A stretch of 41,136 bases of DNA, from the NCBI GenBank assembly GCA_018676275.1, contig JABHFC010000440.1, positions 1-41,136 on the forward strand. The letters are read 5' to 3'. The translations under genes and the position numbers were made by a program. The DNA comes from Gammaproteobacteria bacterium. Its GTDB lineage: Bacteria; Pseudomonadota; Gammaproteobacteria; Eutrophobiales; Eutrophobiaceae. The notes below the pieces were generated by a model. That model did not search any database, was not told the DNA's origin, and saw only the letters and a list, made by a program, of their open reading frames with translations. This document shows, piece after piece, positions 18,773 to 27,989 of this stretch (position 1 is the stretch's first letter; each line of letters opens with the position of its first letter).

Positions 18773-20536
18773 TCAGGGAGAATACCAGATAGGACTGGTA
18801 TAGGCTCTGTCTTGAATTGTATGAGGCACTTTTCCATCAAATTCAACATTAAGTCGTCGGGCATCTATGCTTGTCCACCTGGGCTTGGGTATCTCCAGAA
18901 CCCGGGCATAATAAAAAGCTTTTTGTTGGCGATCAAAATCAGGATCCTGCCATTGAGTGAGTAATTCAGGTTTGCCTGTTTTTGAGCTGGCAACATCATA
19001 TACCGTTTCATGAGTATCGCCCTTATTGTCCAGCCAACCTTTGATAATTTGCACACGTTCCAGGTTCACACCGTCGGGGTCCTTAACTACCTTGATAATA
19101 AATGTGGGTGTTTTAGCTTCTGTTGCAATAGTAAGCCTGCCACCCATAGGCACACCTTTGCTGTAACCAATGGTTGAAAAATTCCTGTCTTCAGCATCTT
19201 CTTTTGTAAATTCCCATCCGGCAAAGACCTGAACCCTGATGCGTGGACCGGTGGTGGCATAAGTTTCCTTACGTTTCATTGCGTCGAAAAGGGCGGCACG
19301 AGTATTTTCTGTTGCCCAAACCGCTGCATAACCTGAAGCCGAAATTTCATAAGCCCAGAGATCGTAGGCTTTACCCAGTTTTCCTTTAACGACCGGATGA
19401 TGATTAAGTCGGTGCAAACCAGGCTCGTAGACAGAAAACTTGCCCCAGAAATTATCTTCTCTTGCCGTGGATAAGCCGGTATGCGCATCTGTGCTGCCAA
19501 TCATGCCGAATTGATATGGGTTAGTACCAACCTTGTTTTCAATACTCAATCCGATCCTTAAAGCAGATCGTGCATATTCATATTGCAACATCCAGTCTTC
19601 TTTGGCGGCGCTGGCGGTTAAATTTCCTTTATCCCAGTTTTCAAATTCAGCAAAAGGATCTTCTGGTGAAAGTAAGGGATGAGTTTCACCGTCTCCTTTT
19701 ATTTGACTGACTTCATACAGGGGTTCCCAGCGATTTCTAGTCTGCGCATACTGCTGACCAATGGGGTTGCCATCAAAGTCTGTCGTTTGAAACATTAAGC
19801 CATTACTCATATTGCCATTGTGAGCAATTGCCAATATTTCACCGCCAGTACGTTTTTCATAGTCAGCAAGAAAACCCCATAGTTTTTCCGGGTCTTCGCT
19901 ATCGAAAGAAGAGAAGGGCAGCATCTGACTGGCTCTGCTTCCATCGTCCTTGTAAATCACAACCCGATGAAGATTATTTCCCTTTGGCATCGAGGTCCAT
20001 TCATAGCCGATAAAGGCAGTGAATTTGTTTGCCTGGTTATACTTGTCTGCAGCTTCTATTATTCGTGCCCAGGCGGAACGCATTATGCTGTTATCTTTGA
20101 AACTGGGTTTATTCACTTCAATATCGTGCAGAACTTCGAACATCGCCTTCCAGGTATTTTCTTCTTTGCCGCTGGCAATCAGATCGCCCCAGCGCCTGGT
20201 TATTTTATTTTTCATCAGCAGAGGATCTTTTGCGCGGATCCTTGGAAGTAAACCCAGGTATTCGGCATGGTCGGCGACAACCAGGAAATCTAATGGTCTG
20301 TGTAACTTTGCAATCTGACCACTGTGTCCTTCTATGGCTTCACCTCTTGCAAATCTGAATGCCTCTTCCGGCCCAATTTTGGTATTACCATTTAAGGAAG
20401 CATCAGGCGAATAGGACGTGTGCAGGTGTGTATCACCCCAATAAAGTTGGGTAGATGGATTTACTTCACCGGCATAAGTTGAACTAATACCGGAAATAAC
20501 AAGAGCGAGAAGGTAAAAAGGTTTTGTATAACGCAT
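18773..20536 (-). CDS. secreted DUF3604-family protein (PHP-like metal-dependent hydrolase fold)
   Basis: 587 aa with a signal peptide (LLALVISGISSTYAGE) followed by the family-typical YWGDTHLHTSYSPDA His-rich motif. Confidence 0.8.
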   Translation of the reverse strand: MRYTKPFYLLALVISGISSTYAGEVNPSTQLYWGDTHLHTSYSPDASLNGNTKIGPEEAFRFARGEAIEGHSGQIAKLHRPLDFLVVADHAEYLGLLPRIRAKDPLLMKNKITRRWGDLIASGKEENTWKAMFEVLHDIEVNKPSFKDNSIMRSAWARIIEAADKYNQANKFTAFIGYEWTSMPKGNNLHRVVIYKDDGSRASQMLPFSSFDSEDPEKLWGFLADYEKRTGGEILAIAHNGNMSNGLMFQTTDFDGNPIGQQYAQTRNRWEPLYEVSQIKGDGETHPLLSPEDPFAEFENWDKGNLTASAAKEDWMLQYEYARSALRIGLSIENKVGTNPYQFGMIGSTDAHTGLSTAREDNFWGKFSVYEPGLHRLNHHPVVKGKLGKAYDLWAYEISASGYAAVWATENTRAALFDAMKRKETYATTGPRIRVQVFAGWEFTKEDAEDRNFSTIGYSKGVPMGGRLTIATEAKTPTFIIKVVKDPDGVNLERVQIIKGWLDNKGDTHETVYDVASSKTGKPELLTQWQDPDFDRQQKAFYYARVLEIPKPRWTSIDARRLNVEFDGKVPHTIQDRAYTSPIWYSP

Positions 20537-20630
20537 GAGCCCTCCATCTATTGAACGTCAGTTATTCTAAAAATTGAATATCAAGTCAGTAGGCTTTATT
20601 GCGCACAAGTTAAATCGAGTGTGTTAGCGC

Positions 20631-20668
20631 AAAGAAAAAAAGAGATGCCATTAGGGCACCTCTTTTTT
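20631..20668 (-). terminator. rho-independent terminator after the TonB-dependent receptor gene
   Basis: AGAGATGCC-ATTAG-GGCACCTCT (9-bp stem, one A.C mismatch), flanked by AAAGAAAAAA and TTTTTT. On the minus strand the hairpin is followed by a U-run, 38 nt after the stop at 20706. Confidence 0.7.
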
Positions 20669-20705
20669 GAGAAGGAGCTAAATAAATTTCTTTGACTTGT
20701 AATTT

Positions 20706-22982
20706 TTAGAAGTTCATTTCAGCCTGAATTGCGACTACACGAGGTGGGTCAGCGAAAGCTGAACCACCCTTACCACCATAGAAATTTGCCAATGGAATAT
20801 CATTCTTCTGGTGAGAAGTCTGTTCATCATTCAGGTTTTTTCCAATGACAGAGAAGCGGTATTTCCCATCCGGTGAGGTGAGGCTAAGCGTGGCATTAAC
20901 TTTTGCATAGCTCTTCTGCACATAGTCGGGATCCAGGTCACCGGCGAGGAAAAATTTGTCGGAATAAGTGAGATCACCACCTATACCCATCTCCCAGCCA
21001 TTCATAACACTCCAGGTATAATCAGCATAGATGTTGGCTTCAAAATCCGGCGCGTACTGTAAGGGTTGCCCCGACAAGTCACAAAATTGGGCAATGGCAT
21101 TTCCCGCACTGTCCAGTACGCATGGGCCATTGGTATAGGAATCGAATTCGGCATCCAGCACAACGAAGGCTGCGCCGACGCCCAGTTGATCACTAACCTG
21201 CCAACGCGCATCAACGTCAAGTCCCTGAGAAGTCGCTGCTGCTGCGTTACCGACAAGGAAGCTGGCTACTGAGAAGGTCGATACTTGTAGGTTCGTGTAT
21301 TCGGAATGGAAATACTCGGCATTAATATAAGCTGCGCCACCGAGAAGCGACCATTTTGCCCCGAAGGCATAGGCTTTCACACCCTCATCATCAAACTCGA
21401 AATCAGCTAATACACCAGAGGTAAAATCTTCATCAAAGCCACCGGCCTTGAATCCTTCTTTGTAATAGCCATAAACCATCAGGTCATCTGTTGCGTCCCA
21501 TTCACCGGTAATGGCAAAAGGCACATCGTCAGTTTTGCGTTTGACACCGATCAGATTGTGTTCAGTACCGAAAACAAAATTATAGGCACCTTGTACCACG
21601 GGATCTGGCACGGCATTATCGAGTGTTGAAATATCAGAATACCAGAGTCGTTTATTCGTTGTTTTCCGATCTTCTGTATAGCGGACACCCAGAATCAAAC
21701 GAATATCATCCGTAAAGTTAAACGTTGCCTGGCCAAAAATAGCCCAGGTTTCACCACTTTGAGTGGTTGACTGGTTTCGTCCAAGACGATCCGTTCCGAA
21801 TGCGCCCGCCAGAACAGACTGACTCAGGTCAACAGAAGCCTGTAAACGCGTCTTATATTTATCATCGGAATAATAGAAGCCAGCAATGTACTCCAGAAAC
21901 TGATCCGTGGTCGAGGCAAGACGGATTTCCTGAGACATTGTTTGCGAATCCTGCCGTTGTGGTCCGGCAACGACTTGCAGGTTGGTGTGATCGTTATTTG
22001 TAAGAGCTTCGAAATCGAAAGCAACATAGCTGCTAACAGAAGTGATTTGATGATTACCCACATCCCAATCCAGGGTGAGAGTCATGTTTTGTGTATTGGT
22101 GTTGTTAAACAATCCGTCAAACAAAGGATCCGATCCAACTGGCGAAGGGACTGATACATTATAATCAAAACTGGCTTCGGCATTGGGATCATTGGCCTGC
22201 GTCAGTGCCAGATGGGCGGGTGACAAAAAGCCCGGCTGGGTCGCATAACCGCCCTTTATATCGTACTCACTGATTTCAGTTTTAAGGGTGGCGGTGAATT
22301 CCGGTGTAATGTCCCACTGAACGGTACCACGGATCTGATATTGCTCACGGGCATATGGGTCAGGTGCACCCGGAAGTGAATTTTCCAGGTAGCCATCAAC
22401 ATCTGAATATCTGGCGGCAACGCGAATACCGACATCATCGGAAACTGGTCCGGAAACAACACCGCTAAATTCCACACCGTCATATTCAGGATCATAGTAA
22501 GCGGTAACTGAATTTTCCCACTCTTCCGTCGGTTTGCGTGATGAGACATTGAAGGCACCACTGACTACGTTTTTACCAAAAAGCACGGTTTGTGGTCCTT
22601 TTAAAACTTCAACTCGTTCAACATCAAAGAAGGGGTTGCGATAGGCACGACTTCGACTGAAATAAGCGCCGTCAATAAACATACCAACCGATTGCTCGAA
22701 ACCGTAGTTCTGACCTGAGCCAACTCCACGGATAAAGATGTTAGTCGCTGCCTGTGCTTCAGACATCATGACTGAAGGCATACGAAGTGTTAATTCTTGA
22801 AGATTATTTATAGATCCATTGTCCAGCGTTACTCCACTGATAACAGACACAGCTACTGGTACTTCCAGCAGACTTTCTTCACGTTTGGTTGCGGTAACAA
22901 TTATTTCTTCAATAATCGCAGCATTTAGACTTGAACAGCTGATGATGATCAGCATGTAGATAAACTGTTTTACATATTTCAT
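20706..22982 (-). CDS. TonB-dependent outer-membrane receptor
   Basis: 758 aa with a signal peptide, a plug region (EEIIVTATKREESLLEVPVAVSV, VEVLKGPQ), a long beta-barrel and a terminal aromatic residue (EMNF). Confidence 0.9.
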   Translation of the reverse strand: MKYVKQFIYMLIIISCSSLNAAIIEEIIVTATKREESLLEVPVAVSVISGVTLDNGSINNLQELTLRMPSVMMSEAQAATNIFIRGVGSGQNYGFEQSVGMFIDGAYFSRSRAYRNPFFDVERVEVLKGPQTVLFGKNVVSGAFNVSSRKPTEEWENSVTAYYDPEYDGVEFSGVVSGPVSDDVGIRVAARYSDVDGYLENSLPGAPDPYAREQYQIRGTVQWDITPEFTATLKTEISEYDIKGGYATQPGFLSPAHLALTQANDPNAEASFDYNVSVPSPVGSDPLFDGLFNNTNTQNMTLTLDWDVGNHQITSVSSYVAFDFEALTNNDHTNLQVVAGPQRQDSQTMSQEIRLASTTDQFLEYIAGFYYSDDKYKTRLQASVDLSQSVLAGAFGTDRLGRNQSTTQSGETWAIFGQATFNFTDDIRLILGVRYTEDRKTTNKRLWYSDISTLDNAVPDPVVQGAYNFVFGTEHNLIGVKRKTDDVPFAITGEWDATDDLMVYGYYKEGFKAGGFDEDFTSGVLADFEFDDEGVKAYAFGAKWSLLGGAAYINAEYFHSEYTNLQVSTFSVASFLVGNAAAATSQGLDVDARWQVSDQLGVGAAFVVLDAEFDSYTNGPCVLDSAGNAIAQFCDLSGQPLQYAPDFEANIYADYTWSVMNGWEMGIGGDLTYSDKFFLAGDLDPDYVQKSYAKVNATLSLTSPDGKYRFSVIGKNLNDEQTSHQKNDIPLANFYGGKGGSAFADPPRVVAIQAEMNF

Positions 22983-23014
22983 TTTAAGGAGCTCCCCGAT
23001 TGAACAGTTTGCAA

Positions 23015-23080
23015 AGTATAGTAGAGAGGCACCAGCCTACTTTTGCAGTGGATGCCAGCTTTTTAACATTTGGTGCCAAA
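23015..23080 (-). promoter_or_regulatory. activator-type promoter module, copy 3: 41-bp element (23040-23080) plus -10 TATACT (complement of 23015-23020)
   Basis: CTTTTGCAGTGGATGCCAGCTTTTTAACATTTGGTGCCAAA. TGCCA occurs at 23053 and 23074 (21 bp apart). The -10 sits 25 bp from the element edge and about 33 nt upstream of the receptor ATG at 22982. The element lies in the divergent region shared with the + strand enolase/aldolase operon. Confidence 0.6.
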
Positions 23081-23188
23081 AAACACAGAGACTGGTGTGG
23101 CATTGAAGAGACAATATATAGTAACTTTTAACGCTGGAAAGACCTATGCTTGAGCCTGAACTAAGACAAATGCGAGTCCATATTACTC

Positions 23189-24400
23189 ATGAATGACACA
23201 ATTATCACTGCAATAGAGACGCTTCGTTTGACCTCATATGGCAATTTGCTCTGGGTCAAAGTACATACAAATCAGGGCGAATCCGGATTGGGTGAGACAT
23301 TTCTGGGGCCGGAATCTGTCGAATCTCATATTCACGAGACTGTTGCACCTTATTTATTAGGTAAGAACCCACTGCAAAGAGATCTGCACTGGAAGCAACT
23401 GAGAGGCTATCTTGGTTTCCGCAGTTCCGGTGCTGAAATGCGCGCGCTATCTGCGATTGATATTGCTTTATGGGATCTCTGGGGTCGAATGAGCAAGCAA
23501 CCTCTGTACGATTTACTTGGTGGAAAATCACGTGATGCCATCCGTGTTTACAACACCTGTGCAGGTTACACCTACATTCGGTCAAACGAAGGTCAAAAAA
23601 CATCCAACTGGGGAATTAATAAGGAGGAGTCGCAGGGACCCTATGAAGATCTGGATGCGTTTTTGAATCGAGCTGACGAGCTGGCACAAAGCCTGCTCGA
23701 TGAGGGTATAACTGCAATGAAAATATGGCCGTTCGATTTTGCCGCAGAAAGATCTCTTGGCAATGACATAACCGCAGCTGAATTAAACAAGGCACTGGAA
23801 CCATTCGAGAAAATTCGAAATGCGGTAGGTGACAAAATAGACATTATGGTCGAGTGTCATTCGCTCTGGAATCTAAGCACAGCAATTAAAATTTCCAGAG
23901 CACTGGAACAATTCAATCCCTACTTTATAGAAGATCCGATTAAGGCAGATAGTCTGGAAAATCTTGCCGAGTTTCGATCGCGTACCAGTATCCCGGTTTG
24001 TGCCAGTGAAACACTGGCAACGCGTTGGGGTTATCGTGATTTACTCGAAAAGCGAGCTGCAGATATTGCCATGCCAGATCTAGGTTGGGTCGGTGGTGTT
24101 TCGGAAGCGAAAAAGATTGCGAGCATGGCAGAAACATTTGGTGTTCCTGTTGCGCCCCATGACTGTACCGGTCCGATCGTGTGGGCGGCTTCTGTGCATT
24201 TATCACTAAATGCTGTTAACGCAGTATTCCAGGAGTCGGTGCGTGCTTTGTACACGGGCTGGTATAAAGATGTCGTCTGCAATTTACCGCAGGTAGAAAA
24301 CGGCATGGTTTCGGTGGAAGCGAGGCCGGGCTTAGGAACTGAGTTACTACCCGATCTGGATAAGCGTGATGATGCTGTTGTTCGTATTTCGCGTCTGTAG
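23189..24400 (+). CDS. enolase-superfamily acid-sugar dehydratase (galactonate/mannonate-dehydratase-like), paralogue 3
   Basis: 403 aa with AMKIWPFD, IMVECHS, FIEDP, CASE and APHDC contexts, typical of the D-galactonate dehydratase-family branch of the MR subgroup. Confidence 0.85.
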   Translation: MNDTIITAIETLRLTSYGNLLWVKVHTNQGESGLGETFLGPESVESHIHETVAPYLLGKNPLQRDLHWKQLRGYLGFRSSGAEMRALSAIDIALWDLWGRMSKQPLYDLLGGKSRDAIRVYNTCAGYTYIRSNEGQKTSNWGINKEESQGPYEDLDAFLNRADELAQSLLDEGITAMKIWPFDFAAERSLGNDITAAELNKALEPFEKIRNAVGDKIDIMVECHSLWNLSTAIKISRALEQFNPYFIEDPIKADSLENLAEFRSRTSIPVCASETLATRWGYRDLLEKRAADIAMPDLGWVGGVSEAKKIASMAETFGVPVAPHDCTGPIVWAASVHLSLNAVNAVFQESVRALYTGWYKDVVCNLPQVENGMVSVEARPGLGTELLPDLDKRDDAVVRISRL

Positions 24401-24447
24401 CCTCTTCTTTTAATCGATTTGAATTTTTAACCAGAGATATATTCTTA

Positions 24448-25209
24448 ATGAGTGATTTGAAACTTCCATTGGCTGAAAGAATTCGTAAAGGCGAGTTACT
24501 ACTAGGTACTGTAATCAGCATCCAATCAGCGGAAATGACAGAAGTGCTTGCCCTGTCCGGATTTGACTGGTTGTTTATTGATGCAGAGCACGGAGGTTTT
24601 GCACCGAATGATGCCTTACCTTTGTTACAGGCAGCTGGAACCTGTCCTTGTTTAATTCGCGTACCTGCTCACGATGAAGTTTGGTTAAAAAAGGCATTAG
24701 ACATTGGCCCTGCCGGCATTGTTGTGCCGCAGGTGAATAGTGCAGATGAAGCGCAAAAAATAATTGATCTTTGCCGCTACCCACCCGCAGGGACGCGAGG
24801 CATGGGCGTTTCGCGCGCATCACAATACGGATTGAATCTTGGTGACTACATAAAGACCGCAAATACCAACACTGCGATCGTACTGCAGGCCGAACATAAA
24901 GATGCGGCAGCCAATATTGAGGACATCGTAAAAGTAGAAGGTATCGATGCCATTCTCGTCGGACCGTTCGATATGTCAGCAAGTTTTGGTAAACCAGGTC
25001 AGGTAGCTGATCCTGAAGTTGTGGCGGCGATTGATACAGTTACACAGACTTGTCAAAAGGCAGGTCTGGCATTAGGAACAGCAGTTGCCGGTGCCGATGA
25101 CGCAAGGACGTATATTGAGAAAGGTTATTCATTGGTGTCAGCAGGCGTGGATTCCCTACATTTGATAAATAGTGCGAAGCAAACATTGGCAGGAATGCGC
25201 TCGAATTAA
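24448..25209 (+). CDS. HpcH/HpaI-family 2-keto-3-deoxy-acid aldolase
   Basis: 253 aa with DWLFIDAEHG, the R/P-rich loop YPPAGTRG and LVGPFDMS, as in GarL/RhmA/HpaI class II aldolases. It lies 47 nt downstream of the dehydratase paralogue. Confidence 0.85.
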   Translation: MSDLKLPLAERIRKGELLLGTVISIQSAEMTEVLALSGFDWLFIDAEHGGFAPNDALPLLQAAGTCPCLIRVPAHDEVWLKKALDIGPAGIVVPQVNSADEAQKIIDLCRYPPAGTRGMGVSRASQYGLNLGDYIKTANTNTAIVLQAEHKDAAANIEDIVKVEGIDAILVGPFDMSASFGKPGQVADPEVVAAIDTVTQTCQKAGLALGTAVAGADDARTYIEKGYSLVSAGVDSLHLINSAKQTLAGMRSN

Positions 25210-25251
25210 AAAAAAGAGCGGAAACTTATCCTGGTAAGTGGTGGGCATTAG

Positions 25252-26016
25252 CTAATTACTTTTTATTAGCAAACCGGATAAGGGTAAAAATTCAGTATTT
25301 TTGGCCAGCTTTTCTTTTATGTAATTTCCTTTATGCCAGTAAACCTTCCATGCGTTTTTATATTTCATTGAGGTGATAATACGGTATTCGTCATCGACAA
25401 TTTCAATTGCCGTACAATTTTCCAGGGCAATAGCCACACCTTTGGTGTTCTTCATCATCGCTTTTAATGCAGGCTGACGATGTTTCTCTACATCATAATG
25501 AGGACAAACAAGCGCATCGACGTAATCAAGACCACTGACCTTTATCAAAGTCTTATCGCTTTCATTTGCAAACTTTCTGGAATCGCTATTGCCCTGTCGA
25601 AACCAGCAAATAGAACCTGCGCTCAAACCGGATAATACAGTTCCCTGGAGTCGAGCTCGATTCATTAGCTTGTCAATTCCTAATTGACGCCAGAGGTTCA
25701 TCATTCTTAATGTGTTACCGCCACCGACATAAATAATATCTGTATTCAGAATTAGTTGTTTGATTCGCTTTGCAGAAGGTTTGTCGCGATAGAGTAATAA
25801 TGATTCAACACGACATTTAAGGCGATTGCCAAAATGATCATTAATCCTTTCACAATAAGCTTCATCATCAAGGCTTGCTGTAGGAATAAACAGTAATCGC
25901 GGTTTTGGCTTCCCGCTAAGGTTGACTATCTCTTCGTCAATAGCCAGGGTTTGGGGAACTCTGCCCTTCGGTAGCATGATGCGACCACCACCGATGGAGA
26001 CAATCTTTCTTTTCAT
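25252..26016 (-). CDS. peptidase E-like (S51 / class-I glutamine-amidotransferase-like) protein
   Basis: LLFIPTAS, YVGGGNTLRM and LSGLSAGS motifs. I chose the ATG at 26016 (MKRKIVSIGGG) because the longer track ORF (to 26097) would overlap the djlA 3' end. Confidence 0.7.
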   Translation of the reverse strand: MKRKIVSIGGGRIMLPKGRVPQTLAIDEEIVNLSGKPKPRLLFIPTASLDDEAYCERINDHFGNRLKCRVESLLLYRDKPSAKRIKQLILNTDIIYVGGGNTLRMMNLWRQLGIDKLMNRARLQGTVLSGLSAGSICWFRQGNSDSRKFANESDKTLIKVSGLDYVDALVCPHYDVEKHRQPALKAMMKNTKGVAIALENCTAIEIVDDEYRIITSMKYKNAWKVYWHKGNYIKEKLAKNTEFLPLSGLLIKSN

Positions 26017-26029
26017 TTGGGTGTTATTT

Positions 26030-26827
26030 TTAAAAACCGCGTTTGTCTTTGATTTTCTCGTAAGCTTGTCTAATCTCGTGCGTACGGTCGGTAGCAATTT
26101 TCATCATTTCTTCCGGCAGACCTTTGGAGACGAGTTTATCCGGGTGATGCTGGCTAAGCAGGCGTCGATAAGCACGTTTTATTTCAGCATCGGTAGCCTT
26201 GTCTTTAACATTGAGAATGGCATAGGCATCTTTTAATGTCATTCCAGCGGGTTTGCCAGCCTGACCAGAACTCTGGTGATGAAATTGAGCGCGGATGGCG
26301 GCATCAATTTGTTGAAACTCACGCTGTGGAAACCTGAGGATCTCACAAACCTGTCGCAATAGCCTGAGTTCATCTTTATGCATAACGCCGTCTGCGTATG
26401 CCGCATAAAGTTGTATTTCAATAAACATGCGCTGCAGGTTTGGCCGAAAACCAATTTCCCGCTTTAGCTGTTGTATGACATCCACCAGCGGAAAATCGTT
26501 CTTTTTGCCCTCATTAAACAAGGCCATCGCTGTCTTTTTTTGCTCTGGTGACAGCTGCATCTGGCCCATTACCTGTTTGGCGATGGCTATTTCATCTTCG
26601 CTTACCTGGCCGTCGGCCTTGCAGACTGCGCCCATGACGGAAAAAGAAGCGGTAAAAAATGCTGTCTGCACGCGCTGTTGATCGCCACGCTGAAAACCGC
26701 CTGTTCCATCGGACATTTGCAGGCCTTTGTCGAAGTTGTGTCCAAGCGCTGCACCCATTAGCGCGCCCAGCGGTCCACCCAACATGAAGCCAAAAGTACC
26801 GCCCAGTAGTTTGCCCCACCAACTCAT
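26030..26827 (-). CDS. djlA: co-chaperone DjlA (membrane-anchored J-domain protein)
   Basis: Gly-rich TM start MSWWGKLLGGTFGFMLGGPLGALMGAALG, a TerB-like middle and a C-terminal J domain (AYAILNV..., YRRLLSQHHPDKL). The track ORF extends to 27112 across the divergent promoter. I take the ATG at 26827. Confidence 0.85.
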   Translation of the reverse strand: MSWWGKLLGGTFGFMLGGPLGALMGAALGHNFDKGLQMSDGTGGFQRGDQQRVQTAFFTASFSVMGAVCKADGQVSEDEIAIAKQVMGQMQLSPEQKKTAMALFNEGKKNDFPLVDVIQQLKREIGFRPNLQRMFIEIQLYAAYADGVMHKDELRLLRQVCEILRFPQREFQQIDAAIRAQFHHQSSGQAGKPAGMTLKDAYAILNVKDKATDAEIKRAYRRLLSQHHPDKLVSKGLPEEMMKIATDRTHEIRQAYEKIKDKRGF

Positions 26828-26916
26828 TTCATTGATCCTTTTTAATAGTGAGTTCTGATTATATCGGTATAATGCGCAGCGATTATTATTCATTTTAACT
26901 ACAAAAGAAAAGTGGC

Positions 26917-27744
26917 ATGGGAAGAGGCAATAAAAACAAGCGAAAAAACAGCGGTCCGTCCCTGGCGGATAAGGCTGACAGACACGTTTTGTACGAAGCT
27001 GCTGTGCAGTGTGCAGAGTCAGAAATTGATTTTGTTGACCAGACTTTCCAGAAACTGAGCAATCGCCAGGCGGTAAAATTGCGTGAGGATTTTTGCGGCA
27101 CGACCAATTCATCCTGCGAATGGGTCAGACGTCGCGATTCAAACCAGGCTTACTGCGTTGACCTTGATCCTGATGTGCTGGCCTGGGGTAAAGAGAATCA
27201 CATTAAGAAATTGTCGGATGATGAACAAAAACGCATAAATATTTTCACGGCAGATGTCATGGATGCCGTTGCTACATCCATGGACATTGTTTTGGCGATG
27301 AACTTCAGTTACTGGATATTCAAAGATCGACAGACAATGGTTCGCTATTTTCGTAGCGTATATGAGAGTCTGGTGGATGATGGTGTTTTTTTTCTTGATA
27401 GCTTTGGTGGCTATGAATCTTTCAAGGAGATGGAAGAAAGTACAAAGCACGATGGTTTTACCTATATCTGGGATCAATCATTTTACAATCCGATTACTGG
27501 CGACGGTCGATTCTATATTCATTTTAAATTCAAAGATGGCTCAAGTATTAAAAAGGCCTTTACCTACGAATGGCGTGTCTGGACCTTACCGGAGATAACA
27601 GAGATGTTGACTGAAGCTGGTTTCAAAGCCGAGGTTTATTGGGAAGGCGAAGATGAAGATGGTGAAGGCAACGGTGAGTTTGAAGCAACTACGGATGGCG
27701 AAGCCGATGCAGGCTGGATTGCTTATATCGTTGCGCAGAAATAG
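26917..27744 (+). CDS. class I SAM-dependent methyltransferase
   Basis: 275 aa with a basic N-terminus (MGRGNKNKRK), a Rossmann-like EDFCGT ... CVDLD ... FTADV core and an acidic C-terminal tail. Confidence 0.7.
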   Translation: MGRGNKNKRKNSGPSLADKADRHVLYEAAVQCAESEIDFVDQTFQKLSNRQAVKLREDFCGTTNSSCEWVRRRDSNQAYCVDLDPDVLAWGKENHIKKLSDDEQKRINIFTADVMDAVATSMDIVLAMNFSYWIFKDRQTMVRYFRSVYESLVDDGVFFLDSFGGYESFKEMEESTKHDGFTYIWDQSFYNPITGDGRFYIHFKFKDGSSIKKAFTYEWRVWTLPEITEMLTEAGFKAEVYWEGEDEDGEGNGEFEATTDGEADAGWIAYIVAQK

Positions 27745-27800
27745 TAGCGACATTATTCATCTGTAAATATCTCATTTCCGCAATTTCGAAATAATAATTC

Positions 27801-27821
27801 GGCCTGTTATTCAAACAGGCC
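27801..27821 (+). terminator. possible terminator hairpin after the methyltransferase gene
   Basis: GGCCTGTT-ATTCA-AACAGGCC: a perfect 8-bp stem, 57 nt after the stop. The downstream U-tract is weak (ATCTATC). Confidence 0.35.
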
Positions 27822-27989
27822 ATCTATCACCTTGCTGGCAATTTAGTAATGTTGTAAATATGTGCAGGTGGAATCCGCATGATTTACCAACCATCAAAAT
27901 AATCTTACTAATTCAATATCTTGCCAAATAAAAGAACAGTGAAGAAAAAGGGATCTACGACTGGATAACTACGGCCAAGGTCACTGATA

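Noticed and set aside
20590-20632. Inverted repeat TTGCGCACAAG...TTAGCGCAA upstream of the DUF3604 operon, considered as a metal-regulator (Fur/Zur/NikR) box.
   Set aside because: It does not match the Fur or Zur consensus sequences I know, and only 6 bp at each end pair. I kept it as an unexplained observation, not a call.
26828-27112. 5' extension of the djlA ORF (track start at 27112).
   Set aside because: The extension crosses the divergent promoter region and overlaps the methyltransferase gene. The canonical DjlA N-terminus MSWWGKLLGG begins at the ATG at 26827.
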